64,000 bases of DNA from Octopus vulgaris (taxonomy: Eukaryota), in NCBI GenBank assembly GCA_951406725.2, contig OX597819.1:101308001-101372000 (forward strand), in the 5' to 3' direction. The stretch's first letter is position 1, and the number at the start of each line of letters is the position of its first letter. The position numbers were made by a program, and so were the translations under genes. Shown here one piece after another: positions 40,761-53,400 of this stretch. The notes beneath the pieces were generated by a model. That model did no database searches. It saw nothing but the letters and a program-made list of their open reading frames with translations, and had not been told where the DNA came from.

Positions 40761-41699
40761 TATATATTTATATATATATATATATATACTTATTTATATA
40801 TATAATATACTTATATATATATATAATATCCTTCGGTTACGTTACGATGACTATGTTGATAGGCTTAGCACATGTAGGTCCGCTGTATTTTATGAGGGTA
40901 AGAAATGTTATTTTTTTAAAATTAGGGGTTGCTGACACTCTAAACATATCTGTCGATCACTAACAGATTCCTTCACCGGCTCATGGAAAATTTTGTTTGG
41001 AGACACAATACATCTTGGAGATAAGAGATGTATATGAAAACAATGAAACAAAAAATTGTCAGTTCTTTCTCAGAAATATTAGTTTACTAATGGAATACAA
41101 ATTATCCCAATAATAGACGCCCAAATCGCATTTGAAACGTCGCAATATATCGTGCCCACCTCCTCCTCATCAACCCACTTTCTCATTATGATTATTTCCC
41201 TTGAAGTATGTGTCTCTCTCTTTAACATACTCGCCATCAAAAAATATAATTATTATAATTAATAACAGTAATTAACCTAGTTTTCAATTCTCAGCTTATT
41301 TAATACCAGACAACAAATGTTTCCACAAAACTAATTCGTTCAAAATGAAAATTGACATAGACACACACTTGTAGCTATTTATATTTTCATTGAATGTGTG
41401 TATGTGTGTGTGTATGTGTGTGAGTGTGTTTATCTGTGTTTGTGTTTGGTTGTACGTAAATGAGTGCGCCTGTACGTATAATTTTTATAATAATAGATGA
41501 CCGATTAAAATAAATATTTCTGTTATAATTAACCTTATTCAAATTTGTTAACGTTAGGAGAATGTGAATTGCTTATATGTGTGTGTGTGTGCCTGTGTGT
41601 GGTGTGTATGTGCGTGTGTGTGTGTGTGTGTCTGTCTGTATGTCTGTCTGCCTGTGGTGTGTGTGTGTGAGCGTGTGTGTGTGTGTGTTTGTGCGCGCG

Positions 41700-41860
41700 T
41701 AATCCTTTTTTCTTCTCACTGTTTTTAGTCCTTTGCCGATGTATACTTTTAAGACTAGTGCTTATCAATCTTGTACTAATCGGACGCTCTTGCCGAACCG
41801 CTAGATTACGGGAACAGGAAAAACAACAAAACAACAACACTGATTTTTCAAGTGGCGAGG
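41700..41860 (-). mobile_element. SINE family C 3' half, degenerate
   Basis: tgccgaaccgctagattacgggaac. Confidence 0.55.
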
Positions 41861-42777
41861 ACTGACGATGTCAAAAAGATGAAGCACGAATTTGAAGCCA
41901 GAACATAACGAGTCAGGCGAGATTCTACGACGTATTTTTTCCCCAAAAAAAATCTTTATAATTCAACTAGACAAATAATGGAAAGGTGAAGATGACGAAT
42001 ATCTTGGAAAGATATCCTTTAATTTGTTCTTTAAGCTCTGTTATGAATGAAGACTGATAATTTTGTTTTTTCAGATACTATGATTTACCTACGTGAACAT
42101 CTACGCATCTTTGTCTATGTTAAAAAAAAAGTGATGTAGTCCCCAAAAGCATCTGAAGTCGCCAAATTCCCCGTAGATAACCCTGCACACCTAATTTAAT
42201 TTTCATTTTTCAGCACCACATATGCTCACATTCAGAAAGTGGATATCCATTTGAAAAAATGTTCTCTACTCACTAAAATTGCTTTTCTTATCTACTGCTA
42301 TAATTGTGGGTGTAAGCATGGCTTTAGTTAAGAAGCTCACTTTACAACAGCATTTCATGTTCAATACATCAGTCTTGAGATGACCAATTTTTCTGAGTGA
42401 AGTTTGGCTGACGGAAAATGTAAGGAAACCTGCGAGAAACAAGTATATTTATTCCTGTGTGGTAGGCTGAATCCATCACCCACTTTAGCACCACCACTAC
42501 CTGACACACGAAAGTCGTTTATAGCGGACTACAATCTCGCTTACATCTTCAGTTTAAGGATAACTTCCTCGCCCCCTCTCTCTCTCTCTCCCTCTCTCTA
42601 ATCACAGAAGCCCGAAAAGGGTCATAGGTACAAGCCTTTCATTTCTGACTACATCATATGAAATTTCCATGCATCTCTGATCTCAGCGACTACAAACCAC
42701 AGGAAACCAAGCCTATATTTCACCCACGTCACTTCGCTCTCGATGTCTTTCTTAATGTAGCTAATCCACAATATGGA

Positions 42778-42985
42778 AGGTGACGAGCTGGTAGAAACGT
42801 TAGCACGCCGGGCGAAATGCTTAGCAGTTCAAATTCCGCCGAGGTCGACTTTGCCTTTCATCCTTTCGGGGGTCGATAAATTAATTACCAGTTATGCACT
42901 GGGATCGATATATTCTACCTTAATCCGTTTGTCTGTCCTTGTTTGTCCTCTCTGTGTTTCGCTCCTTGTGGGTAGTAAAGAAATA
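42778..42985 (+). mobile_element. SINE family D with internal deletion
   Basis: aggtgacgagctggtagaaacgttagcacgccgggcgaaatgc...gtaaagaaata. Confidence 0.88.
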
Positions 42986-43086
42986 GTAGCTAATCTACAA
43001 TATGCTGTACGAAATAATTTTCTCGATGCCTGAAACTACGCCCAGGAAATTTCATTTCATTTATATATCTTTCATCAGTTAAAAGC

Positions 43087-43540
43087 TGCCTTCAACTTTA
43101 ATATTGATTACAATTTCAAATCCGGGCGTGGGGGTTAATAGATTATATCAACCCCAGAGCTCAACTGGTACTTATTTTATCAACCTCGGAAGAACGAAAT
43201 CTAAAATCAACCTCAGCGGAATTTGAACTCAGGATGTAAAGACGAACGAAATGCCGTTTAGCATTTTGACCGGAGTGCGAACCGTTTTGCCAGATCGCCG
43301 CCTTTCCTCAAACTTTAATACTGGTTTCAAATTTTGGCGCAAGGGCAGCAAGTCCAGGGAGGAGATAAATGGATATTATCGAACCCAGTGCTCAACTGGT
43401 ACTTAATTTTTCGACCCCGAAAGGCAAAGTCGACCTTGGCACAATTTGAACTGGGAACGTGATAACGGATGAAATACTGCAAAGCTATTGGCTCAGCGTG
43501 CTAACGATTCTACCATCTCGCCGCCTTTCCTTAAACTTAA
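43087..43540 (-). mobile_element. Two tandem family-D copies sharing a flank motif (~220-bp period)
   Basis: cctttcct.aaactt at 43301 and 43524, related gccttcaactttaata at ~43088. Confidence 0.75.
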
Positions 43541-44490
43541 TTTTAGAAATACAAGGCAATCTCCGATTTTAATTACTTGGAGAAGCCATTCACATGAAAA
43601 ATAAACTAAATGTTACTGTATTTAATGTAATGAGCTCCCAAAATATAATTAGAATGAATTATTTTTGTGTGGAAAAGAAAATATTAGTTTAATTACTGAT
43701 ATTATCTGAATAATTTTGGGAAGTATTTGTCAAGGTTCTACCTTGTTTGACTTAATGCTATAGTACTAGATTGAAAACAAAAGTTATGACACGTTGGATT
43801 ATGTAATCCTATAAGAAATGTCTCTGAACACAAAGGCAGAACGGTCATGACTGGAAAGTCTTTGATTGTAGATAGGTTCAATTTTAATTGTTTAGCCCTG
43901 CCCTGGGGCTAAATAATTATAATGTCTCTGAATGCTAAGGAGATCATCGTTCTCTTTATCAGATGAAATTACAAAGAATAAATGAAAAGAACACTACAAT
44001 AATTTCGCTCAATATTGCTGGAATGTATTATACCTAGAATATAAACTTAAACTGTTGTATAGAAAATAAGTTTCAGGGTCTGTGGTAGGTTTAAATCCTC
44101 CGCACTATATTAAATTTACTTTCGACCCAGAAATGCTAAAAGGCAAAATATCTCGTATGCCGTAATTTCAAATATAACATATGAGACAACAAAAATCTCG
44201 ACATATTTTAGCTGAGACATAATAACGAGTTTCTTAATTACTTCTGGAACTTTGTCGAGTGAAGTGTCTTGCCCAAAGACACAGAATACTTGCCTAATAA
44301 CACTTCAATGAACGATTTTTCAGATATCTTATGAATGTTACAGATATAAATGTGTGTGCGTTTGTGTATGTGAGTGTGTGTTTTGTGTATGTATATGGTT
44401 TGTGTGTACATGTAAATAAATTTGTGTGTATATATATATATACATGCATATATATATGTATATATGTATATGTATTGATATATACATATA

Positions 44491-44542
<52 letters not shown>

Positions 44543-45274
44543 AGAGTTTTGTAAATGTATATATATGTGAGTGTGTATGTGATTTTTCATGTGGGTCACT
44601 GTGCGAGTGGGTATGTGCGCGTGAGTCAACAGAAGCGTGCATGATGAAAATATTTATGTATATAGAAAACATATCTTACTGACGTTTAATCCATTTGACT
44701 CATAATTCTCATTAACGTTTTAATTAAAACTGAGAAGTTAAATTGTGACACTTAATTTTACGATATTCTATATTAATGAATATTAATTGTTTCTTGTGCA
44801 ATTTGACTGCTGTTTATTTGATCGCTCTTCCATCGGCGCCTTAGTTAAGTAAGCACCGCTGGAGGGGTCTGGATACTATAGAGAGAATCCAGTCATCAGA
44901 CTTTTGCTCTATCAATCATATGAATCAAAATTTAGAAACTTGGATTTCATAATTTAATACTCATTTCCAAACAGATTGAATCGATCTGATGTGACACTAT
45001 GCTTCTGAATAAATATATCTAGGATCGCCCAGGTCTGTTTGCTCCCGAACTCACAGCATGCGATAAGCACTAGGCGTTTTGCGAGCACCTTGGTCAAACG
45101 CTAACACTGCTAGGAATTGTTCAAGTCTGTTATCAGTTAATTACGATGGACATCTGCCCAGTGAAAAAGGGTCAAATGTAATATGCTAATATATTTCGCA
45201 TGTCAAAATTTCCTATATTTTCTGCGGACAGTATTTTGTAACTCACTTGTTGTTGCCGTTTTTACAACTGCATT

Positions 45275-45372
45275 TTAAGTTCGATACCACACACTGCACA
45301 ATACATCTTTTACCATAGACTTGAGATTACGAAATTTTTCGAGTGGTGTTTGGCCGACGGAAACTGTAAGGC
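45275..45372 (+). mobile_element. Degenerate SINE family C head
   Basis: gagtggtgtttggccgacggaaactgtaagg vs consensus gagtggatttggtagacggaaactgaaag. Confidence 0.55.
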
Positions 45373-45399
45373 TCTGGCATTTAGAGGGTTTAAGGACTG

Positions 45400-46600
45400 C
45401 ATCTGCAACATGCCAGGCCCTAGTACCCGGAAGAGGAAGACCACCGAAACGTCGTTTGACTTGCCCGACCCTTCTCACTCAACATCAAGAGTTGTGTGGG
45501 AAGGATATTTCTTAGATTGATACAAAGTACTTCACACAGACACACAGATACAGACATTTATTCAACAGATAGCTTACGGGTGCCCTTTAATTGTGGACCA
45601 GAACATAAAAGTATTTTAACACCTACAAAACACGGGAGGAGGAAGATTACTTTTGCATGCTGTAAAATGACTGTCCAGTAGAGAGCCGATGCGAGGCTGA
45701 AGGAGTCACCTACGAGGCTACGGTGACACCTAGACAGCAACAATGTACCAGCCAACAACAATGATGGCACCGGACGCGGCGACAGTGACAGAAATATCAA
45801 CTCTGATACTAACGACCACAGTACTAACATTACAAACAGAGGGGATGACCCATCCGGTACCAACCACACCGAGGAGGTAACCGCTGACCCCAGTACTAAT
45901 ACCACAACCAGAAAGAAATTGGTAACCTGTACCAAATACAAGGAGGAATTAACAGGCCCCGCATCCTACGTTACCAGCAGTGGTACTCAAACTACCACCG
46001 ACAGCAACAGCCCAAACCCTATGGTCAGATACGGTCACCACGACGATAACAACAACGGCGGCAACAGATATTCCAGCACCGCCAGACCAATGCACCATAA
46101 TGATAGCAGTTCCAGCAACACCGGTAACACCAACAACATCCCTAGGTCCAGAGTCAACCAGGGATACTCCAAGAATGCGAACATAGCCAGTAAATACGTT
46201 GGATTGGCCAGCACAGCTTTGAAACGACGCTTGTGCAAACACCAGTCATCGTTCACAGTCCCACAAAGATGTTTCATTACGTCCCTGGCCAACCATGTAT
46301 GCCATGTACGCCAAAATCTGTTCATACTGTATGGACAGATTGTCGAAATCCAATGATACCCTACACGCCTATTTGGTTATGAAATTTTACAAATACACTC
46401 TCAGGGAGATATGATATACTTTTCATATTTTTCATAGTGTGATGTAACTCTTTGGAATAACAATGTATGCGGCTGAAGAGAGCTTTAAACCATCCTTTAT
46501 ATCTATTATACACTTATGTAAGAATAGGTGGTTTATAAAGCTTGAAACATGTGTACCGCGACATCCTTTGTGTTCTGTTTTTGATCTTATTTGATATATA
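45400..46600 (+). mobile_element. Decayed Penelope-like element 3' part: linker, low-complexity insert, GIY-YIG remnant, 3' pLTR with hammerhead
   Basis: RNVV*LARPFSLNIKSCVGRIFLRLI (cf. WFNPPFS.NV.TNIG..FL.LI); DSLRVPFNCGP; KYVGLASTALKRRLCKHQSSF..TSLANHV. Confidence 0.75.
46469..46559 (+). ncRNA. Type I hammerhead ribozyme with extended stem II
   Basis: GCGG-CUGAAGA-GAGCUUU AAACCAUC[..]GGUGGUUU AU AAAGCUU-GAAAC AUGU GUA-CCGC; canonical core. Confidence 0.85.
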
Positions 46601-46602
46601 TA

Positions 46603-47887
46603 CGAGGGGCGTTCAATAAGTAATGCCCCTGACCCACTTCCCATAGCAGTAGAGCAACGAAACTTGGCACAGTTATTAGTCTTTTTCTACATAGGAAGCA
46701 CCCAGAGTTACGCATTTCTCCCATCGTTTGATGCGGCTCCGGAGACCGTTTTTGTAGAAGAACCCAGCTTGGTCCTCCAACCTCAACGTGACTTCAGAAA
46801 TCAAGGCTGCATCATCTGGGAAACGCTTTCCTTTCAAAAACAACTTAATGATTGGGAAGAGGTGAAAATCAGAGGGTGCAAGGTCAGGAAAGTAGGGGGG
46901 ATGAGGAGGAGTTCATAGCCATACGCCTGTGCTTCTGATCTGGCGACAAGCGAGTTGTGGACCGGAGCGTTGTCCTGCAGGAGGAGGATGCCTTTGCTGA
47001 TCTTGCCCCGCCTCTTGATTTTGATAACTTCTCTTAATTTCCTCAAAAGTGAAGCATAATAGGCTCCTGCAATTGTGGTACCCTTTGCCAGGAAATCTGT
47101 CATCACTACTCCGTCCTGGTCCCAGAAGACTGTGAGCATGACCTTGCCAGCGGAGGGCTACACTCTTGCCTTCTTTGGGGGGGGGGGGGGGAGTCACAGT
47201 GCTTCCACTGCATTGCCTGGGCTTTGGTCTCTGGATCATCGCGATGGACCCAGGTTTCATCCTGTGTAATCAGTCTTTTGAAAAATTTTGACTCACCTTC
47301 TTGGCACATCTCCAAATTCACCCTCGAGCACTCGACGCGTTCTTGCTTCTGGAAAGGCGTGAGCAACCTGGGAATCCATCTAGCAGACACCTTTTGCATA
47401 TGCAAATGGTAATGAATGATAGTTTCCACAGACCCGGTACTAATCTTGACCTCATGGGCTATTTGGCGAATAATTATGCGTCGATCTTCCAAAATGGCAG
47501 CCTCAACTTGACGGACAGATGCCTCATCAATGGCAGAAGGGGGCGACCAGATCTGGGAGCTGTTTCCACAGAGTTCCGACGATGTTTGAATTCACGATGC
47601 CAGCGTTTTACAAGGTCATATGATGGGGCATCATCACCATAAGTTACTTTCATTTCATCAAAAGTCTCCCGTGGTGTGCGTCCTTTCCAATACAAAAACC
47701 GGATTACTGCTCGACACTCAACAGGCTCCATTTCACACTTGACTCAGTTCAAACACCTGTAAATCAGAAACCACAATTAATTCAGAGCTGTAATTTGCCA
47801 CTTACTCTATAGACATATAAATGATTGCACATGCTAGATCAAACAACTGCAAGTGGGTCAGAGGCATTACTTATTGAACGTCCCTCG
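46603..47887 (-). mobile_element. Full-length mariner transposon (1285 bp), irritans/Hsmar2-like ends
   Basis: TIRs cgaggggcgttcaataagtaatgcccctgacccactt / aagtgggtcagaggcattacttattgaacgtccctcg; TA on both sides. Confidence 0.97.
46676..47731 (-). pseudogene. Mariner DD34D transposase, frameshifted
   Basis: MEPVECRAVIRFL..RSGRP / WIPRLL..ITQDETWV / LLQDNAPVH / HPPYFPDLAPSDFHLF..KRWEKCV..YVEKD*; about three frameshifts and one stop. Confidence 0.95.
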
Positions 47888-47938
<51 letters not shown>

Positions 47939-47949
47939 TACATATGTAT

Positions 47950-48170
47950 GTGTGTGGGTGTATTTGTTTCTGTCACCCCACCATCGCTAGATAAGCAATG
48001 TTGCTGTGTTTACACCCCCGTAACTTAGCAGTTCGGCAAAAGACACCGATAGAATATGAACAACGCTTATAAAGAATAAGTACTGCTGTCGATTTGTTCG
48101 ACCAAAGGTGGTGCTCTAGCATGGCCGCAGTTAAATGACTGAAACAAGTAAAAGTATAAAAGAGTAAAAG
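47950..48170 (+). mobile_element. SINE family C 3' half
   Basis: cccgtaacttagcagttcggcaaaagacaccgatagaat...gcatggccgcagttaaatgactgaaacaag. Confidence 0.88.
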
Positions 48171-48174
48171 GATG

Positions 48175-48211
48175 TGTGTGTATAAATCTCTTCATGAAAA
48201 TGTTTGTGCAA

Positions 48212-48273
<62 letters not shown>

Positions 48274-49154
48274 ATATATATATATATATATATGCATGTA
48301 TATATATATATATATATGTATATATATGTGTATGTATATATTTGTGTGTGCATATATATATACACATACATTTTACATATACACATACATACACATTTTA
48401 CATATATATATATGCATATCAACAAATATAGACAGATTCGTACATATTCACACATGTCCACAGATAAGAGAGAAACGTGTATATGTGGCATACAGTTATT
48501 GCTTTTAATTCCCAGCATAGTTTTCTTACACAAAAGATTCATATAGCAATAATAACTGCACATACACATTTCGGTTGATATAAATGGATATAAACTCACT
48601 TGTATATAAAGCTTGTATTTAAGAAAGAACGTATGTAATTCCTGGGCATAATTAATGTTTAATAAATATAGGATTAATAACGATACCCTAAAGGGAGTGG
48701 CCCCTATTTTTCGCTTAAATTGCCTCGTGTATAATTAATAAGATATAATCTATATAATTCCTTCACCGATTCGTCTTAATACAAAGAAACGTACCTGCTA
48801 ACACAATAGCGGTTTGATTGAATTAGCAAATTTGTGCAAACATTTTGTCACACATTCACATTCACATACACATTCATGATCTCACACACAAATGCTCACA
48901 CACGCAGACGTTCACACATACATATACACACAAAAATTACAACGACGCACACATATACATGTTTATATATATAAATGCTTTAACATAAAATACGTATATG
49001 TATGTACATACACACAAACATACATACATATATACATGTACAGATAAATATATATACATATACTAGTGCATACATTTGGCTACATATACGTCTATATATG
49101 TACACATATACACGTATATATATATATATATATATGCATATATATTTGTATATA

Positions 49155-49219
<65 letters not shown>

Positions 49220-49742
49220 CTGTATCTGTATGTATGTATGTTTGCAGGCATGTATGCATGTATGTATATATATATAAAATCTGTATGACTGTGTGTATAT
49301 ATGTATACGGTGTAGGTCGATATAATAAATGCACACACACACTCACACACAACCACATACACAAACACACACACACAGATAAATACTTTTCTCTATGTGT
49401 ACATTGAAAAATGCATGTACGCACATACACTTACGCACACACACACTCACATACCAACACACACACACATACATACACCTACGGTTTGTGTTTGCACATG
49501 TTACACACGTACTTTTAGTCACCTCCTATATTTCTACTTTACTTATCCATGTATCTCTTTCAATTATTCCACATGTTGCCGTTCTGCTATTTTTTTTGTG
49601 TGTATTTTTTCTGATACATACGTACGTACATACATACATACAGACATACGTACATTCACACACATATACACATACAAACATACATATGTGCATGCATTCA
49701 TACATGCATACATACATGTATAAATACATATGTATATATGTG

Positions 49743-49781
<39 letters not shown>

Positions 49782-49845
49782 ACGCACAGACACTCACATA
49801 CGCACACACATAGACATACACGCACATAGACACGTACAAACACGC
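48175..49845. repeat. Microsatellite and low-complexity (TA/CA/TACA) block
   Basis: Directly visible, with short unique interruptions. Confidence 0.85.
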
Positions 49846-50526
49846 CTGTAAAATGTGTCTTACTTTGCGTGACAATTATAGATTAAATTAATTATATCTC
49901 AGATTTTCATTATGACAATCTCCATAGTTTATACAAAATTGCTAAACCGTTTAACTACATTGCGATTATAATTATTTCAGTAATCTATTATATTACTAAC
50001 TATCTGTTATCTTTTTTTCTAAATATATATTAAGTAACATCAACGTTTTCGTTGTTGCTTTTCTCGTAAATATTTTCAATTTTGTTTTCCTTTCCAATTA
50101 CCTGTATTTGATATTCTAAAAAGTCAACTACAGATTTTTATCTCGCTAAGTCTCTAAAGATCCATTAAGATTTTGAATGTCTGAAGAATTCTCCCCGCCC
50201 CCAACCACTTTCTTTTTCTCTCTCTCTCTCTTTGTCTTTCTCTTTCTCTTTTTCTTTACATAGTATTAGCGTATTTAGCTAATTAACGTTTAGAAACAGT
50301 TAACTATTTTTGATGCAGGTCAATGTTTTGATTAGTCGTTTAATTGATTTTCGATCTCCAGAATGTCATCAATTATTTCCGTCTTCCGTCTCTCTGGTTA
50401 ATCACATCTCTTTTTCGTACATCTTTCTCTAATGCAACATCTATAGCCTCAATGAGCGCTAAGAGTGAGAGATGGCCGAGGTTTGGTGAAACTGATAAGG
50501 ATACAGGACATAGCCTTTTTCTCGAC

Positions 50527-50752
50527 TTCTTTACTACCCACAAGGGGCTAAACACAGAGGGGATAAACAAGGACAGACAAACGGATTAAGTCGATTACAT
50601 CGACCCCAGTGCGTAACTGGTACTTGATTTATCGACCCCGAAAGGATGAAAGGCAAAGCCGACCTCGGCGGAATTTGAACTCAGAACGTAACGGCAGACG
50701 AAATACGGCTACGCATTTCGCCCAGCGTGCTAACGTTTCTGCCAGCTCGCCG
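50527..50752 (-). mobile_element. SINE family D, full and well conserved
   Basis: Near-identical to 28045-28282. Confidence 0.92.
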
Positions 50753-52589
50753 CGTTCCCGCATATTAATATCCTTTCTGCTGAGATTATCTTTTTTTTAT
50801 GATGAAAAAGTCCTTTTTCTTTTTTGTTTTCCGTTAGTTTCGTGCTTATTCAAAATGATTGGCATTTGCATATTAATTCCTTTGAGTTTCTACACATTCT
50901 GTACATTAACTTAATTTTTCGCATGCAAATAGGAGGCATAAGAAATTATTTTTAGATTTATTTCCTAGGAATATTTACATTATGAAACCATAAATTCCGT
51001 TCTTCAATAAAGTGAACAGTTGTTTTGTGAAAGTGAAACATCCGTGACACTAAATGAAAAATGTGACACTAAATGAGTACTATCTTGCAGGACATCATTA
51101 TATTCAGTATATAGGCTGCGTTTATGTGAGTACTTGAGAGCAGAAAGTAAGCACAACGATCAAATGAGTCTCACCGTTGAATACTGCTCCCACACTTGAG
51201 AGAGTGCCGCTAGTGTATACATGGTTATCGTAGGAAAGACGTAAAGGAAAGATAGCCAGCAGATTGTTTAGCGACGGTGAGTCGCTCACAAATATATTTT
51301 AACAGCAAACGCAGCGTCGTGGTGTTTTAAGTACTACTTAAGTATAACCTTCATATGATCCCGCCCGGCATACCTCACTCTTCTCTCATGAAACATTCTA
51401 CGCCTCTTCGAACAGGTTTTATCTAATCGCTACATTAATTGATTACTCCTTAAAGCGTTAACTTTTTGGAATTCCTTCCTTAACCATAGTTATCTTGAAA
51501 TCTTGTCTGACTTCTGTTTGGGATGGACATCGACTGCATTGGTTTCACAGATCTCTAAATAGACGGAGCAGGGAAAAAATGCATGCAACCCATTAAACCG
51601 TTCTAAATCTTTATAAGGAGTTTAAAGAAACACACACTCTCCCTGACCTCATGTTCATCATGCGAACGATGACGATGTGAAAGATTACAAGCATTTTCAG
51701 TTATCGATCATTTCGTCCGCACCTCTCAAAGAGGTGTTAATAAACAGTAGTGGAATTGCAATGTTTCGGCCTCAATTAATCTTCGTTCGACCTTTGTTTC
51801 TTTTAATGATGAAGCATTTCGTATATTACGAGTTTGGTGTGTTGGGCCACACAGGGAGTATTTTCTCTATACCTTTACCAACTTCTACGTATTGTTGCTT
51901 TCTCAAAAGATACATCCAAATTTATCATTCTCTATGAATTGCTTCTTTTGAAGTTAATTTCTTTCTATCAAATGTAGGTATGGAACAAAATGCATTATTC
52001 CATAATGTATTAAACTGAATTATAAATGCCATTACTCTTTGATATTCCAAGCATTTGTGTAAATAAAATCTATAAGTTGAATCATTTGGTACTAAGTGGT
52101 GGGTTTAAATAACCATCAAACGCTTCTGAAATCAGAGATAAAAGAAAAATAAATGATTTTTAATTAAGCAATACATTGATTATTTGAATACAACTTATGT
52201 GAAACCAAATTTACACAGAGATCAGATATGTCGCAAGAACGTGTCACGAAGTAATTAGAATAAGGTGACTTTAAATTCGATACACGACAATTGAAAATAA
52301 AAGTTATTTTCAAATTAAAAATGACACCTCTAAAGCTCAAGAAAGCCTAAATATTACGGGAAAACTGAATGCTGCTAACAAGTGAGTATTGTGAAAATTA
52401 GGACATTTATCACGGCTCCAGCAATTGTCTTACTCATTGAACTACTACAATATTTATGATATATTGCTAGCATTTAAACAAATGGATTTCCGAGAATCGA
52501 AGAATATCAATTCATAGTGATGTAGAATACATACATACATACATGCATACATACATACATACATACAAACATTAAACACAAAGAACGAT

Positions 52590-53400
52590 TGTATTATCAC
52601 CGATAGATTACAGTATCGCAAAGGCATATTTCAAGGAACAATCTCTCTGTGATGTTTATACTTTCTGTAAACCCCTTGTCATTCATGCTAAGGAAGTCTG
52701 AAGGATATCTCACTGGTTCACAAGGAGAAAGAAATACCAAAATTACACAGTGTTTCTTTGTAGATGACTTAAAACTTCATGTAAAGAATATGCATGAGAT
52801 GAAAAAGAGCCTTGACCTAGTTAAAATATTCTCAAAGGTTGTCGGGTTGCAGCTTGGTCAGGATTAATGTTGTTATATGGTGGTAAAAAGGGAAAAACTA
52901 TAAACCAGACCAGTAAAGTCTCCATCGATTTGACAGTTTCCCTTGTATCTGAAAAGGAATGTTACAGGTATCTAGGGGTGGATGAAAATATATCTTACAA
53001 TGGCACCTGCAACAAAACACGTGTCACTAAAGAATATTACAACCGAATAAAGAAAATATGGACCGCAGAACTCTCTGCATTCAATAAAACTGGCCCACAA
53101 TGTGTTTGCAGAGCCAGCACTCATACCAACATTTGGGCTGCTTTATGAGATCCGAGCCATTGATATGAAAACTCGAAAAATACTGATAAGCACACATAAT
53201 TTCCGCGTAAATCGAAAACAAGGTAGTAGAGGAATAACATCGGTCCAAAACGCCTTTGATTGTCGCATCATATCCCTTCGGAAACATCTTTTAACCACCA
53301 AACTAAAATACATCCAAGAAATGCACCCCTTGACTAAGTTTGCATACATGAGGCTGATGACATCATAAGACTTGGAAGGCAGCTCCTTCAGCAACACTCT
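52590..53400 (+). pseudogene. R4/Dong-like LINE reverse-transcriptase fragment
   Basis: KGIFQG..FILSVNPLS..CFFVDDLKL..YRYLGVDE..KEYYNRIKKIWTAELSAFNK..IDMKTRKIL..RKQGSRG; frameshifts and stops. Confidence 0.88.

Noticed and set aside
43040-43085. CUGAUGA...GAAA on the minus strand
   Set aside because: AT-only, no convincing stems; likely chance.
44860-44905. CUGAUGA followed by a CUGGAU/AUCCAG stem on the minus strand
   Set aside because: No GAAA after the stem and no stem I/III.
44900-45200. Possible very old RTE-like RT remnant (similar hints at 51080-51700, 53600-53900, 56700-56900)
   Set aside because: Motifs too eroded to support by eye; needs a translated search.
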